From positions 1 to 30,003 of the forward strand of contig JAYEOM010000129.1 in assembly GCA_034722955.1 (NCBI GenBank): 30,003 nt of DNA, in the 5' to 3' direction. Shown here one piece after another: positions 17,517 through 27,268 of the stretch; the stretch's first letter is position 1, and every line of letters begins with the position of its first letter. The notes below the pieces were generated by a model. It worked only from the letters and a program-made list of their open reading frames with translations. It did not search any database and was not told where the DNA came from. The translations under genes and the position numbers were made by a program. The DNA comes from Campylobacterota bacterium. GTDB lineage: Bacteria; Campylobacterota; Campylobacteria; Campylobacterales; Sulfurovaceae.

Positions 17517-18642
17517 AGAGATCAGCTAATGCGGTGGTATCTGTCGTTTTCTCGATATCTTTTGGCTCTTTGCCGCTACTATCTCCGGTTCTATCTGTGA
17601 CACCTTCAACCTCATTGAGCTCTATGGTATAGCCAGTAAGCATAGAGGCAAGGCGTATATTTATACCGCTTTTCCCTATGGCTTTAGCTTTTTGATCACC
17701 AGTGATATTGATGATAGCTCTCTTATCTGCATCTACTTTGATGCTTTGTGTGATTGCGGGGCTTAGGGCTCTTGTGATAAATATCTCAGGTATGGGTGAG
17801 TACTCTATACAGTCTATATTCTCATGGTTTAGTTCATCGCTGACAGAGTTGATGCGCACTCCTTTGACTCCAACGGCAGCACCGATGGGATCGATATTTA
17901 TATGATCACTTTTTAGTGCGATCTTGGCTCTATCGCCGGGGATTCTGGCTGATGCGATGATCTCCACCGCACCATCCTCTATCTCAGGAACCTCTTTTGC
18001 CATCAGTGCTTCGAGAAACTTGGGAGAAGTTCGTGAGAGTTCAAGGAACATTCCAAATTGCGGATCAACACTGACAAATCGCAATAGAGCTTTGATGGTA
18101 TCGCCTCGTTTGAATTTTTCACCCTTGATACGATTCCTCTGACTGAGAATACCCTTGAGTTCACCTATCTCAACAAAAGTGTTGTCATCATCATCAATAC
18201 GATTGACTGTGCCTATCATAACTGTTCCAACCATAGCTTTGTATTTTTCAAAAAGATCTTGCTCTATGCGTCTTTGGACATGGTACTCCAGTTCCCTGAA
18301 GAGATTGGCAGCTGCAGTTCGTCCATGATCTTCTAGTATAAACTCAGAACGAAGCTCATCATCCAGCTCGATCTCTGCATCATACTCTCTCGCCTCGCTG
18401 ATGGGCATAAAACTATCTGCAAGCTCCTCCAGTCGTTTGTCATCATCGGGCACAACAGTGATAACCTTAAAGACTTGGTAGTCTCGTGTATCCATATCGA
18501 TCAACACTTCAAAGGTACTCTCTCGTGATGTCAATTTTTTAGCAGTGTTGATCAATGCCTCTTTGAATGCCTCTATAGCACTCTCCTTAGAAATATTTTT
18601 TTCATGTGCAATCGCTTCGATAATGTCTAGAATTTTTTCCAT
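17509..18642 (-). CDS. nusA: Transcription termination/antitermination factor NusA
   Basis: S1 and KH domains; EVPEIEDG, ARIPGDRAKIA, DPIGAAVG and AIGKSGINIRLAS motifs. Confidence 0.98.
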   Translation of the reverse strand: MEKILDIIEAIAHEKNISKESAIEAFKEALINTAKKLTSRESTFEVLIDMDTRDYQVFKVITVVPDDDKRLEELADSFMPISEAREYDAEIELDDELRSEFILEDHGRTAAANLFRELEYHVQRRIEQDLFEKYKAMVGTVMIGTVNRIDDDDNTFVEIGELKGILSQRNRIKGEKFKRGDTIKALLRFVSVDPQFGMFLELSRTSPKFLEALMAKEVPEIEDGAVEIIASARIPGDRAKIALKSDHINIDPIGAAVGVKGVRINSVSDELNHENIDCIEYSPIPEIFITRALSPAITQSIKVDADKRAIINITGDQKAKAIGKSGINIRLASMLTGYTIELNEVEGVTDRTGDSSGKEPKDIEKTTDTTALADLFK

Positions 18643-18876
18643 AGATCTTAAACCTCGTATTTTATTTTATAATAATTCAAATTACCCAAGATTATTTATA
18701 ACCGCTACAAGTGGTAACATAACAGTATATACGACTGGTAGGATTGGGTCTCTTTTGAAGAATCATATTATATCTAACCAAAGCTTTACTGAAAATGAAG
18801 TATAATTGATGAGTTATAGGGGTTAGATACTCATAAAAATTTTAAAAATAAATAGAAATAATCATAAGGAATATAG

Positions 18877-19116
18877 ATGAAATTGAAACTTGCCAGAACA
18901 ACACTCAAGGCAAAACCAAAAACTATTGAATTGAAAAAAATCGAAGAAGATTTGGTAAAAAAATCGATCTTCTATTTTGATAAGGATAACTCTCACAAAG
19001 AGATGATTGAACTGATCGAATACTTTGAAGAGAAGAGTTACTCTGTCTATATGAGAGAAGTAAAGTATGGTTTGGATGACAATGAGTATATCTACGAGGT
19101 ACATATCGTACAATAA
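18877..19116 (+). CDS. HP0268-family small nuclease
   Basis: 79 aa with FYFDKDNSHK and REVKYGLDDNEYIYEVH; sits upstream of miaB as in other Campylobacterota. Confidence 0.85.
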   Translation: MKLKLARTTLKAKPKTIELKKIEEDLVKKSIFYFDKDNSHKEMIELIEYFEEKSYSVYMREVKYGLDDNEYIYEVHIVQ

Positions 19117-19144
19117 TCCCCGCTAAAAATAGACAAGAATTATC

Positions 19145-20440
19145 ATGAAAAAACTCTTTGTAGAAACCCTTGGTTGTGCGATGAATCTCCGTGACAGTGA
19201 ACATATGATCGCGGAGCTCAATCGTGAAGACTCTTATGAGTTGACCCAGACACTTGGTGATGCTGACCTTATACTTATCAATACATGCAGTGTGCGTGAA
19301 AAGCCGGTTGCCAAACTCTTCTCAGAGATTGGCGTGTTTAACAAAAAGAGAAAGCAGGGTGCAAAGATCGGTGTTTGTGGCTGTACAGCGAGTCACTTGG
19401 GACGGGATATCATCAAGCGAGCCCCATCTGTGGATTTTGTGCTTGGTGCAAGAAATGTCTCCAGGATCAATGAGGTGATCAATAAAAAACATGCAGTTGA
19501 AGTATCGACAGAGTATGATGAGAGTAGTTATGATTTTGCCCAATACCGCACCAATCCTCTAAAAGCGATGATAAATATCTCTATAGGGTGCGATAAACAG
19601 TGTTCATTCTGTATCGTTCCTGCTACTAGAGGTGATGAGATCTCTATCCCTAGTGATCTCATCGTGCGAGAGATCGCCAAAGTAGTTGAGAGAGGTGCCA
19701 AAGAGGTGATGTTGCTTGGACAAAATGTCAACAATTACGGTAGACGCTTTAGCAATCCCGATGAGCAGTGTGATTTCATAGAGCTTCTGCAAAAGATCAG
19801 CAGAGTAGATGGGTTGGGGCGCATCCGTTTTGCTTCACCGCACCCCCTGCATATGGATGATGCTTTTCTCGAAGAGTTCGCCTCAAATCCAAAGATATGC
19901 AAGCAGATACATATCCCTCTGCAGAGTGGCTCCACAGAGTTATTGCATAGGATGAAGCGAGGCTATACAAAGGAGTGGTTTCTAAATCGTTGTGCTAAAG
20001 TGCGATCTTTGGCTCCCCAGACAGCTATCTCTACAGATATTATCGTTGGTTTTCCCGGAGAGAGTGACCAAGACTTCGCTGATACGATGGAGGTACTAGA
20101 GTTAGTTCGTTTTGATCAACTCTTTTCATTTAAATATTCAGCGAGACCACACACAGCAGCAGCAGAGTATGATGATCAGATCGATGCATCCGTAGCATCT
20201 GATCGCTTGACGCAACTACAGGCTAGACATACAGAGATACTTGATGAGGTGATGGATGGGCAGTTGGGTAGAGAGCATAGAGTCTATTTTGATGAACTCA
20301 AGCCCAATGGGCGCATATCTGGTCGTAGTGATGATGGAAAGCTGGTCTTTGTAGAGGGGAGTGAAGAGCTCCTAGGAGAGATTGTTATGGTCAAGATCAC
20401 CAAATGCTCCAGAGGAGCTCTAGATGGTATTGTTATTTAA
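19145..20440 (+). CDS. miaB: tRNA-i6A37 methylthiotransferase
   Basis: [18 protein letters not shown], radical-[20 protein letters not shown] and C-terminal TRAM-like domain. Confidence 0.96.
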   Translation: MKKLFVETLGCAMNLRDSEHMIAELNREDSYELTQTLGDADLILINTCSVREKPVAKLFSEIGVFNKKRKQGAKIGVCGCTASHLGRDIIKRAPSVDFVLGARNVSRINEVINKKHAVEVSTEYDESSYDFAQYRTNPLKAMINISIGCDKQCSFCIVPATRGDEISIPSDLIVREIAKVVERGAKEVMLLGQNVNNYGRRFSNPDEQCDFIELLQKISRVDGLGRIRFASPHPLHMDDAFLEEFASNPKICKQIHIPLQSGSTELLHRMKRGYTKEWFLNRCAKVRSLAPQTAISTDIIVGFPGESDQDFADTMEVLELVRFDQLFSFKYSARPHTAAAEYDDQIDASVASDRLTQLQARHTEILDEVMDGQLGREHRVYFDELKPNGRISGRSDDGKLVFVEGSEELLGEIVMVKITKCSRGALDGIVI

Positions 20441-20503
20441 GCCCGAATTGTGCAATAGAGTGATAAATGCTAGTTTGGTGACTTCTATTGCACATTTCGG
20501 ATT
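20441..20503. repeat. Palindromic intergenic repeat family, copy C
   Basis: CCGAATTGTGCAATAGA / TCTATTGCACATTTCGG inverted repeat (16/17). Core AATGCTAGTTT shared with copy A. TTAA on both flanks. Confidence 0.75.
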
Positions 20504-20516
20504 AAAGTAGTATAGT

Positions 20517-21134
20517 TTGAAAAAAGCACTGCACTCTATGGGTCTCTCTATCGTGGCTTTTCTGATCTATCTGATAATGCAGTTCTTGTGGTACACTTCA
20601 CGAAAAACATATCACTACTTGACACCCATAGGAGAGGAGCAGCATGTTGTAGCATGCTGGCACTCTGATCTTTTGATGATTCCTGTATATAGATATATCC
20701 GCCCCCACCGATCTGCCTCAGCTATTATCTCTCAGCATCGGCATGGTGAAGTGGTAGCAAAAGTACTCTCATATCTATCTATCAACTCTCTGAGAGGTTC
20801 CACTAGAAGAGGAGCAAGGAGAGTTCTGCTTGAATCGTTGCGTGCGATAGAGGATGGTGAGGAGGTGCAAGTCACTCCTGATGGCCCCAAAGGTCCCAGG
20901 TATCATATCAATGATGGTGTGGTAGCTCTCGCATCAAAAGGGGCATTGCCGATTATGATCATAGGGTATAGAGCTAGCTCCTATTGGCAATTAGGAAGTT
21001 GGGATCGCTTTGTTATACCAAAGCCCTTTGGAGAGATAGAGTTCTATATCCAAAGTCTCTCTATTGAGGGGCTGACCATAGAAGAGGCAAAAACTCTGCT
21101 TCGCAGTAAGATGTTAGAGCATGCACTGCCATAA
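20517..21134 (+). CDS. DUF374 / lysophospholipid acyltransferase-like protein
   Basis: CWH, ISQHRHGE, RGST, TPDGPKGP and SWDRFVIPKPF motifs. Confidence 0.85.
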   Translation: MKKALHSMGLSIVAFLIYLIMQFLWYTSRKTYHYLTPIGEEQHVVACWHSDLLMIPVYRYIRPHRSASAIISQHRHGEVVAKVLSYLSINSLRGSTRRGARRVLLESLRAIEDGEEVQVTPDGPKGPRYHINDGVVALASKGALPIMIIGYRASSYWQLGSWDRFVIPKPFGEIEFYIQSLSIEGLTIEEAKTLLRSKMLEHALP

Positions 21135-21143
21135 AGTATCAAT

Positions 21144-21980
21144 ATGAGTGATATATCAAAAGCTTGGATGGATGATTTTTTGGCCTATATATCTGATGTG
21201 CGGGGCTACTCAGAGAGATCAGTGACGACCTATGAGATAGCACTGCGTCAAATGCTTGAGCAGAGTGAACTCTATGAGGAGGGAGATAGATGGATATTGG
21301 ACATCAGCTCTTTTCGTCTCAAAATAGCAAAAAATAGCAAAAAAACCATAGCCAAAAAATTGAGTACGATTCACTCATTTGTATCTTATCTCCAAAATCA
21401 GAGAGAGATAGTTATCAGGTTGATCGCTGATGAATCAGTCAGAGTCCCACAGACACTACCCAAGCCTATCGACGAGCAGTATATCTTAGAGGTTCTTACA
21501 GATGCAACTCTACAGGAGAAACTGCTTATTGCGATGCTCTACGGTCTGGGATTGCGTATTGGTGAGTTGAGTGGATTGAGGATAGAAGATATCCATCCAG
21601 AGTGGATAGAGGTCAGAGGAAAGGGCAACAGGGTTCGACAACTTCCACTGCTCGCTACACTGCATACTTTGATCGAACAGTACCTCGATCTATATAGTCC
21701 AAAAGAGTATCTATTTGAAAAGGGTGCTGCGATGATGAATCAAGCACAGCTTCGTTATATTTTGACTAAATGTTTTAAATCCAAAGGTTTGAAAGCAACA
21801 CCTCATCAGCTTCGACACTCCTTTGCAACTCATATGCTCAACAGCGGTGCTAGGATCAGTGATGTTAGTGAACTGCTGGGGCATAGCTCTATGGCATCAA
21901 CACAGGTCTATACTAAGTTGGCAGATAGTAAAAAACTCAAAGAGTATCTGGAGGCACACCCATTAGCGATAGAGGGGTAG
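21144..21980 (+). CDS. XerC/D-like tyrosine recombinase
   Basis: Complete catalytic set R (GLRIGEL), K (GKG), HxxR (PHQLRHSFATH), H (LLGH) and Y (TQVY), plus LPK linker and N-terminal SAM-like domain. Confidence 0.9.
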   Translation: MSDISKAWMDDFLAYISDVRGYSERSVTTYEIALRQMLEQSELYEEGDRWILDISSFRLKIAKNSKKTIAKKLSTIHSFVSYLQNQREIVIRLIADESVRVPQTLPKPIDEQYILEVLTDATLQEKLLIAMLYGLGLRIGELSGLRIEDIHPEWIEVRGKGNRVRQLPLLATLHTLIEQYLDLYSPKEYLFEKGAAMMNQAQLRYILTKCFKSKGLKATPHQLRHSFATHMLNSGARISDVSELLGHSSMASTQVYTKLADSKKLKEYLEAHPLAIEG

Positions 21981-21982
21981 CC

Positions 21983-22804
21983 TTATGGTCGAATGATCTC
22001 TATGGTTGCACTGCTCTTCATCTTTTTGAAGTAGTCCTTGACAGCACTCTCCTGCTCTTTTCTCTTCCAAGCCATAGCGACACTTTTTTTGACATCCTCG
22101 TAAGGTTTCATCCTTTTTTTACCTTTACCGATAATCTTATATGTGACATAGGCACTTCCGTTATTGAATGCAGGGGTAAACTCTCCTATCTCTGATTGTG
22201 AAATCATTGCGAGCAGCTGAGGTGTGATATCTTTACCGGTAATCTTCACTCTTCTCTGCTTTACTCCATTTTGATTGGCATCGTTGTCAAGTACTGCTTG
22301 GATCTTATCTGCTGTTGGGGCACTAAACTCTATGACTGAGATATTAGAAGGCATACTAAATAGTTTGCGATTGTTTCTGTAGAAAATCTTGAGCTCATCT
22401 TCGCTAGGTTCTGAGATCGTTTGTGCGATTTTAGTTCGGAAAAATTTCTGCTTTTGAATACTCGTCTTTGTCTGATCACGAAATTTATTCCAGGATTGCC
22501 CCTGCTCTTTGATGGCACGCTGCATTTTTTTGAGGCTTAGGTTGTTCTGTTTCGCAATAAGAGCAACTCGTTTGTCTATCTCATCTTCAGAGACAGAGAT
22601 ATTTTTCATAGCGTGTTTTTGCAGACGATTATCGATCAGCATATCCTGAGCTTCCTTCTTGGAAACTCCTAGTTGACTCTGCACAGCAGAGATCTCTTGG
22701 GTAGTGATCGGTTCACCATCTACAACAATAGCAACAGCGTTATAGATCTTGGCGTGTGTAAGCGTAGCCAAAAGTATGACAGAGAGAAGAAGTAAATTTT
22801 TCAT
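21983..22804 (-). CDS. SurA-like periplasmic chaperone/PPIase (Cj1289-like)
   Basis: Signal peptide, AIVVDGEPIT..EI, I.VSEDEID..V..IAKQN and C-terminal KSSATIEIIR. Extended -10 TGCTATAAT at 22839-22831. Confidence 0.8.
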   Translation of the reverse strand: MKNLLLLSVILLATLTHAKIYNAVAIVVDGEPITTQEISAVQSQLGVSKKEAQDMLIDNRLQKHAMKNISVSEDEIDKRVALIAKQNNLSLKKMQRAIKEQGQSWNKFRDQTKTSIQKQKFFRTKIAQTISEPSEDELKIFYRNNRKLFSMPSNISVIEFSAPTADKIQAVLDNDANQNGVKQRRVKITGKDITPQLLAMISQSEIGEFTPAFNNGSAYVTYKIIGKGKKRMKPYEDVKKSVAMAWKRKEQESAVKDYFKKMKSSATIEIIRP

Positions 22805-22887
22805 AAGCATCCCAAATTGTAATTTGTAGTATTATAGCATAGCTATAGATAAAATATAATTTTTTTGTAAATATATAAGGATTAATC

Positions 22888-23685
22888 TTGATGTTTAAGT
22901 TGATTGTTTTTTTGATACCACTTTTTCTGCTGGGCGAAAAGCCCGAACTTCTACTCCTGCAAACCTACAAAGATCAAAATATCACAGGGTGGGTAATGAG
23001 TGAAAAGCTCGATGGTGTAAGAGCCTACTGGGATGGCAAAAAACTTATAAGTCGCGGAGGCAAGACCATCTATGCACCTAAATGGTTCACAAAAAACTAC
23101 CCATCTTTTGAAGTGGATGGTGAACTCTGGACAAAAAGAGGGGATTTTGAAAATATCACCTCTATAGTGAGAGATCAAATACCATCGATTGGCTGGAGAG
23201 AGGTCAAACACTATATCTTTGAAGTACCAAATAGCAGTGGTGGTCTGTTTGAGCGGCTTGAGAGGGTTAAACCATATGCAGATAATACTCTTGTGGTTAT
23301 AGATCAAATAGAGATCAAGAGCAAAAAACATTTAGAAGATTATCTACAGGAGATTGAGTCAAAAGGCGGTGAAGGTATAGTTGTCCGAGATCCAACTGCA
23401 CCCTATATCAATAGACGAACCGACAAAGCACTTAAGGTCAAAAATTTCCAAGATAGAGAGTGTGAAGTGATAGGATACAGAGATGGAAAAGGAAAATATA
23501 GAGGCATGGTTGGTTCGATCCAATGTCAACTCTCAAATGGAGTAAAATTTAAGATCGGAAGCGGTCTTACAGATACATTGAGATCAAATCCACCTAAGAT
23601 CGGCACAATCATCACCTTTAAACATCAAAAGTTTACGAAGTATGGAAAACCTAGATTTCCTGTATATTTGAGGGTGAGACAATGA
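22888..23685 (+). CDS. Minimal ATP-dependent DNA ligase with N-terminal signal-like peptide (Lig E type)
   Basis: SEKLDGVR (motif I), DGELW, GGEGIVVR, LKVK, IGSG and GKPRFPVY; hydrophobic N-terminus MFKLIVFLIPLFLLG. Confidence 0.92.
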   Translation: MMFKLIVFLIPLFLLGEKPELLLLQTYKDQNITGWVMSEKLDGVRAYWDGKKLISRGGKTIYAPKWFTKNYPSFEVDGELWTKRGDFENITSIVRDQIPSIGWREVKHYIFEVPNSSGGLFERLERVKPYADNTLVVIDQIEIKSKKHLEDYLQEIESKGGEGIVVRDPTAPYINRRTDKALKVKNFQDRECEVIGYRDGKGKYRGMVGSIQCQLSNGVKFKIGSGLTDTLRSNPPKIGTIITFKHQKFTKYGKPRFPVYLRVRQ

Positions 23686-24671
23686 AACTCTCTATCATAA
23701 TACCATGCTTGAACGAGGAGAGATATATTGCAGGATGTATCGACTCTATACTGAAATCTGATTTTAATAAAAGAGATATGGAAGTTATCTTTGTAGATGG
23801 TATGAGTTCCGACAATACGCGAAGTATTATAAAAAAATATCAAGACAAATATGATTTTATACAACTCATAAATAATCTTAAAAAAATTGTACCCATAGCA
23901 ATGAATCTAGGTATACGAGCATCAAAAGGAGAGTATATCATCAGGTTGGATGCTCATGCGAGTTATCCCGCAGACTATTTTTCAAAACTTATATATTATC
24001 ACCAAAAATTAGAAGCAGACAATGTTGGCGGGGTTCTGTTGACAGAGGTAAAAAACAAAACCAATATACCCAGTGCGATAAAAAATGTACTTAGTGACAA
24101 GCTTGGTGTCGGAAGCTCTTTTAGGAGTGGTATAGATCAAATAAGTGAAGTTGACACAGTGCCGTTTGGGTGCTACAGGAGAGATATATTTGAGAGAGTT
24201 GGGTACTATGATGAGCGTCTTGCAAGAAATCAGGATATTGAACTTAACAATAGGATCAAGCATAGTGGCGGCAAGATCTATATAATACCCAGCATAAAAT
24301 GTACCTACTTTGCAAGAGAAGATTTTAGAGCATTAGCAAAAAATAATTTTGATAACGGAAGATGGAATATTTTAACTGCATACTATACCGGAAAACTCAA
24401 AAGCCTTAGCTTGAGACACTATGTTCCTATGTTGTTTCTCTTGTCGATTTTGATTCCACTCTTTTGCTGTTATGGAGTCTCTATGGTAGTTTTGGTTATA
24501 TATTTGACTACGGTAACTATAAGAAGTTATCAGATAAAAAAGGAGACTACACTTCCTTATCAAGTGATATCATTTATCTATCTTCACTTTAGTTATGGTT
24601 TTGGAAGTCTTGCAGGTCTACTGGATATCTTGCTGAAATACTTAAACCAGCCTTTCATAAAGCTCCAATAA
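23682..24671 (+). CDS. Glycosyltransferase family 2 (ExoA-like, C-terminal TM helices)
   Basis: SIIIPCLNE, VDGMSSDNT, RLDAH, DTVPFG and RNQDIELN motifs. Confidence 0.9.
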   Translation: MKLSIIIPCLNEERYIAGCIDSILKSDFNKRDMEVIFVDGMSSDNTRSIIKKYQDKYDFIQLINNLKKIVPIAMNLGIRASKGEYIIRLDAHASYPADYFSKLIYYHQKLEADNVGGVLLTEVKNKTNIPSAIKNVLSDKLGVGSSFRSGIDQISEVDTVPFGCYRRDIFERVGYYDERLARNQDIELNNRIKHSGGKIYIIPSIKCTYFAREDFRALAKNNFDNGRWNILTAYYTGKLKSLSLRHYVPMLFLLSILIPLFCCYGVSMVVLVIYLTTVTIRSYQIKKETTLPYQVISFIYLHFSYGFGSLAGLLDILLKYLNQPFIKLQ

Positions 24672-25748
24672 CTTTTTTTCTTCGATGGTCCAATTGTATT
24701 TTTCTAAAATAACTTGTTTGCCTCGTTGTCCCATCTCTCTAGCTTCATTATCGTGTGTAGATAGATACTTTATCGCTTCACCTATAGATCTGCTATCAAG
24801 TGGATCTACACATATCCCACAACTGTTCCCAATAACAATATCTTCTAAAATTTTAAAGTTTGAAGCTATGACAGGTAATCCAGACAACATATATTCAAAC
24901 ATTTTTACAGGTAATGCATCTTTGTAATTGATCGTTGGATGCAGAGTCACCAATCCCATTTTGCTATCAGAGAGTAATTTTTTTACCCCCTTTCGATCTA
25001 ATTTGCCAAGAAAATCAACTCTATTCCAATATCGGTTCTCTTGCAACTCTATCATAAAATCATCTTGATAAACCACTCCTGCTAGTTTGAACTGTAGAGT
25101 ATTGTTGACATATGCCATCGCCTCAATATCCTCTACAATACCGCGAATTTTTGAAATGACACCAATATAACAAACTTGATTTTCTCTCTCATTCCAAGTT
25201 ATACTTGTTGCTAACTCATCTATGATGGGATAGTTATTGATATCAATACTGCTTGTAAAGTGTGCAAATTTATCTCGTATATGAGGTGTTGCTGCAATAA
25301 TGCAATCAAACTCTCTACATGTATAATTTTCATAAAAAGATACTACTTTAGAGAGTAAGTGTCTACTCACTATATTGAGATATGGTTTTGACAGCAGCTG
25401 TAGAGGCAAATCTTCATGTACATCAAGTATGACAACTTTTCCCAACTTCTTGAGTTTCAATCCTACAGATATCAACTCTGGATCGTGTAGATGATAAATG
25501 TCACTATCTAACTCTATAGCTTTGTGTAAAACCTTTTTTGTTGTTTTGAAGATACGGTTTATTCGTCCCTTTGGTTTGCCAACATCTATAATGTGGATAT
25601 TGTTAGTAGCTTCATCACCTAGCCCATCAGCAACTATCAAACTAACATCATAGTTTTCTACTTTTGATAATGAGCTACACTCCTTCACGAAGATCCTAGT
25701 ATCATATCTAGGGTGGACTGAGGTTAAGTGTGTAATTTTGGTTTTCAT
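24642..25748 (-). CDS. Glycosyltransferase family 4
   Basis: TSVHPRYDTRIF, YHLHDPEL, DVHED, PVKMFEYM..GLPVIAS and YNW motifs. Confidence 0.9.
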   Translation of the reverse strand: MKTKITHLTSVHPRYDTRIFVKECSSLSKVENYDVSLIVADGLGDEATNNIHIIDVGKPKGRINRIFKTTKKVLHKAIELDSDIYHLHDPELISVGLKLKKLGKVVILDVHEDLPLQLLSKPYLNIVSRHLLSKVVSFYENYTCREFDCIIAATPHIRDKFAHFTSSIDINNYPIIDELATSITWNERENQVCYIGVISKIRGIVEDIEAMAYVNNTLQFKLAGVVYQDDFMIELQENRYWNRVDFLGKLDRKGVKKLLSDSKMGLVTLHPTINYKDALPVKMFEYMLSGLPVIASNFKILEDIVIGNSCGICVDPLDSRSIGEAIKYLSTHDNEAREMGQRGKQVILEKYNWTIEEKKLLELYERLV

Positions 25749-25856
25749 AATTTAGCTACGCTTAAAATAGTTATTATAGATTTTAGAATAAAATTCCCAT
25801 AATGGTCTCTCTGTCTCATATATATCATCTCTTTTAATCATTTAAATCAGTTATTT

Positions 25857-25937
25857 AACCCGAATTATGCAATAGAGTTGCTAAAATAGTGTTTATGCTT
25901 GTGCCTAGTACCGCTCATATATTAATGAATTTTAGGA
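25857..25937. repeat. Palindromic intergenic repeat family, copy D (more diverged)
   Basis: AACCCGAATTATGCAATAGAGTTGCTAAAATAG...CCTAGT aligns with copy B and with the reverse complement of copy A. The right end is uncertain. Confidence 0.6.
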
Positions 25938-25999
25938 TTATATTATAGCCTTGAAGATAAGAAAAAAGCTTCATAAAAATAAAACTAAAGATAATCTAG

Positions 26000-27268
26000 A
26001 TGTTAAATAAGCTAAAACCAAAATCAGAATTTAGTAGAAATGTCCTTACTCTTATGACAGGAACAACCATAGCTCAAGCTATACCTATAGCTATAAGTCC
26101 TATCTTGACTCGGATATATACTCCTGAGGATTTTGGCATATATGCACTCTTTATAGCTATTACAGCTATATTTGGTAGTATTGCAAATGGTAGGTATGAA
26201 CTAGCCATAATGTTACCAAAAAAAGATGAAGATGCTATAAATATCTTTGCTTTAGGGTTTATCATTACATCAGCTATCTCTTTATCACTTTTAGTGTTAG
26301 TGGTATTGTTTAATGATTATTTTACAAAACTACTAGGTAATGATGAGATAAGTATATGGTTATATTTTGTGCCTATCGCAGTGTTTTTTACAGGTCTTTG
26401 GAATATTTTAAACTATTTTAACAATCGTAAAAAACAATATAAAGATTTAGCAAAAGCAACTATCATAAAGTCTATAGTTACAGCTATAGTTCAGTTAAGT
26501 GTTGGATTTATCAAAAGTGGAGCGACAGGGCTTATAAGTGGGCAGATACTTTCACAGTTTTTTGCAAATACTAAACTACTCTCAAATATAATAAAAGATA
26601 AAATCTTACTATCAAAAATCAGAAAAGTAAAAATAATAGCACTTGCAAAAAGATATAAGGATTTTCCTAAGTTTACTATGTGGGCAGGACTGGCTAATAC
26701 TTCTTCTCTTCATCTTACAAATGTACTCATATCTTCTTTTTATAGTGTAGCTACATTAGGGTTTTACTCTTTAGTGCAAAGGGTGTTGTCTATCCCATCA
26801 GGCTTGATAAGTGGCTCCATTGGTCAAGTTTTTTTTCAAGAAGCAACTAGAGAGAAACAAGAAACAGGAAGTGCAATAAATTCATTTAACTCTACACTTA
26901 AAAAACTTACTATACTAGGTGTACCATCTTTTACAATTTTGTATTTTATAGTAGAAGATTTATTTGCTTTTGTGTTTGGAGAGGAGTGGAGAGTAGCTGG
27001 AAGTTATGCTCAGATTTTATTACCATTATTCTTGGTACGATTTGTAGTATCTCCTCTATCTATAATAAATCAAGTTTATTTAAAGAATAGACTTGGCTTG
27101 TTTTGGCAAATAGGATTATTGATGATACAAGTCATCATATTGTACATTGGTCATATTTTAAATATAAGTTTCATCAATATTGTCTATATGGTTTCAGTAA
27201 TTATAAGTTTATATTTTATATATTATTTGTACTTAATTAACTCATATTTAAAAAAGGATATAACATAA
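26000..27268 (+). CDS. wzx: Polysaccharide flippase (Wzx family)
   Basis: FSRNVLTLMTGT.IAQAI....PILTRIY.PEDFG and GRYELAI.LP motifs; many TM segments. Confidence 0.88.
   Translation: MLNKLKPKSEFSRNVLTLMTGTTIAQAIPIAISPILTRIYTPEDFGIYALFIAITAIFGSIANGRYELAIMLPKKDEDAINIFALGFIITSAISLSLLVLVVLFNDYFTKLLGNDEISIWLYFVPIAVFFTGLWNILNYFNNRKKQYKDLAKATIIKSIVTAIVQLSVGFIKSGATGLISGQILSQFFANTKLLSNIIKDKILLSKIRKVKIIALAKRYKDFPKFTMWAGLANTSSLHLTNVLISSFYSVATLGFYSLVQRVLSIPSGLISGSIGQVFFQEATREKQETGSAINSFNSTLKKLTILGVPSFTILYFIVEDLFAFVFGEEWRVAGSYAQILLPLFLVRFVVSPLSIINQVYLKNRLGLFWQIGLLMIQVIILYIGHILNISFINIVYMVSVIISLYFIYYLYLINSYLKKDIT

Noticed and set aside
24642..24671. 30-bp convergent overlap of GT2 and GT4 as antisense regulation
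   Set aside because: Short 3' overlaps are common in compact genomes and nothing else supports a function.
3493..25937. CRISPR array made of the palindromic repeats
   Set aside because: The copies are kilobases apart and diverged, with no spacers and no cas genes.
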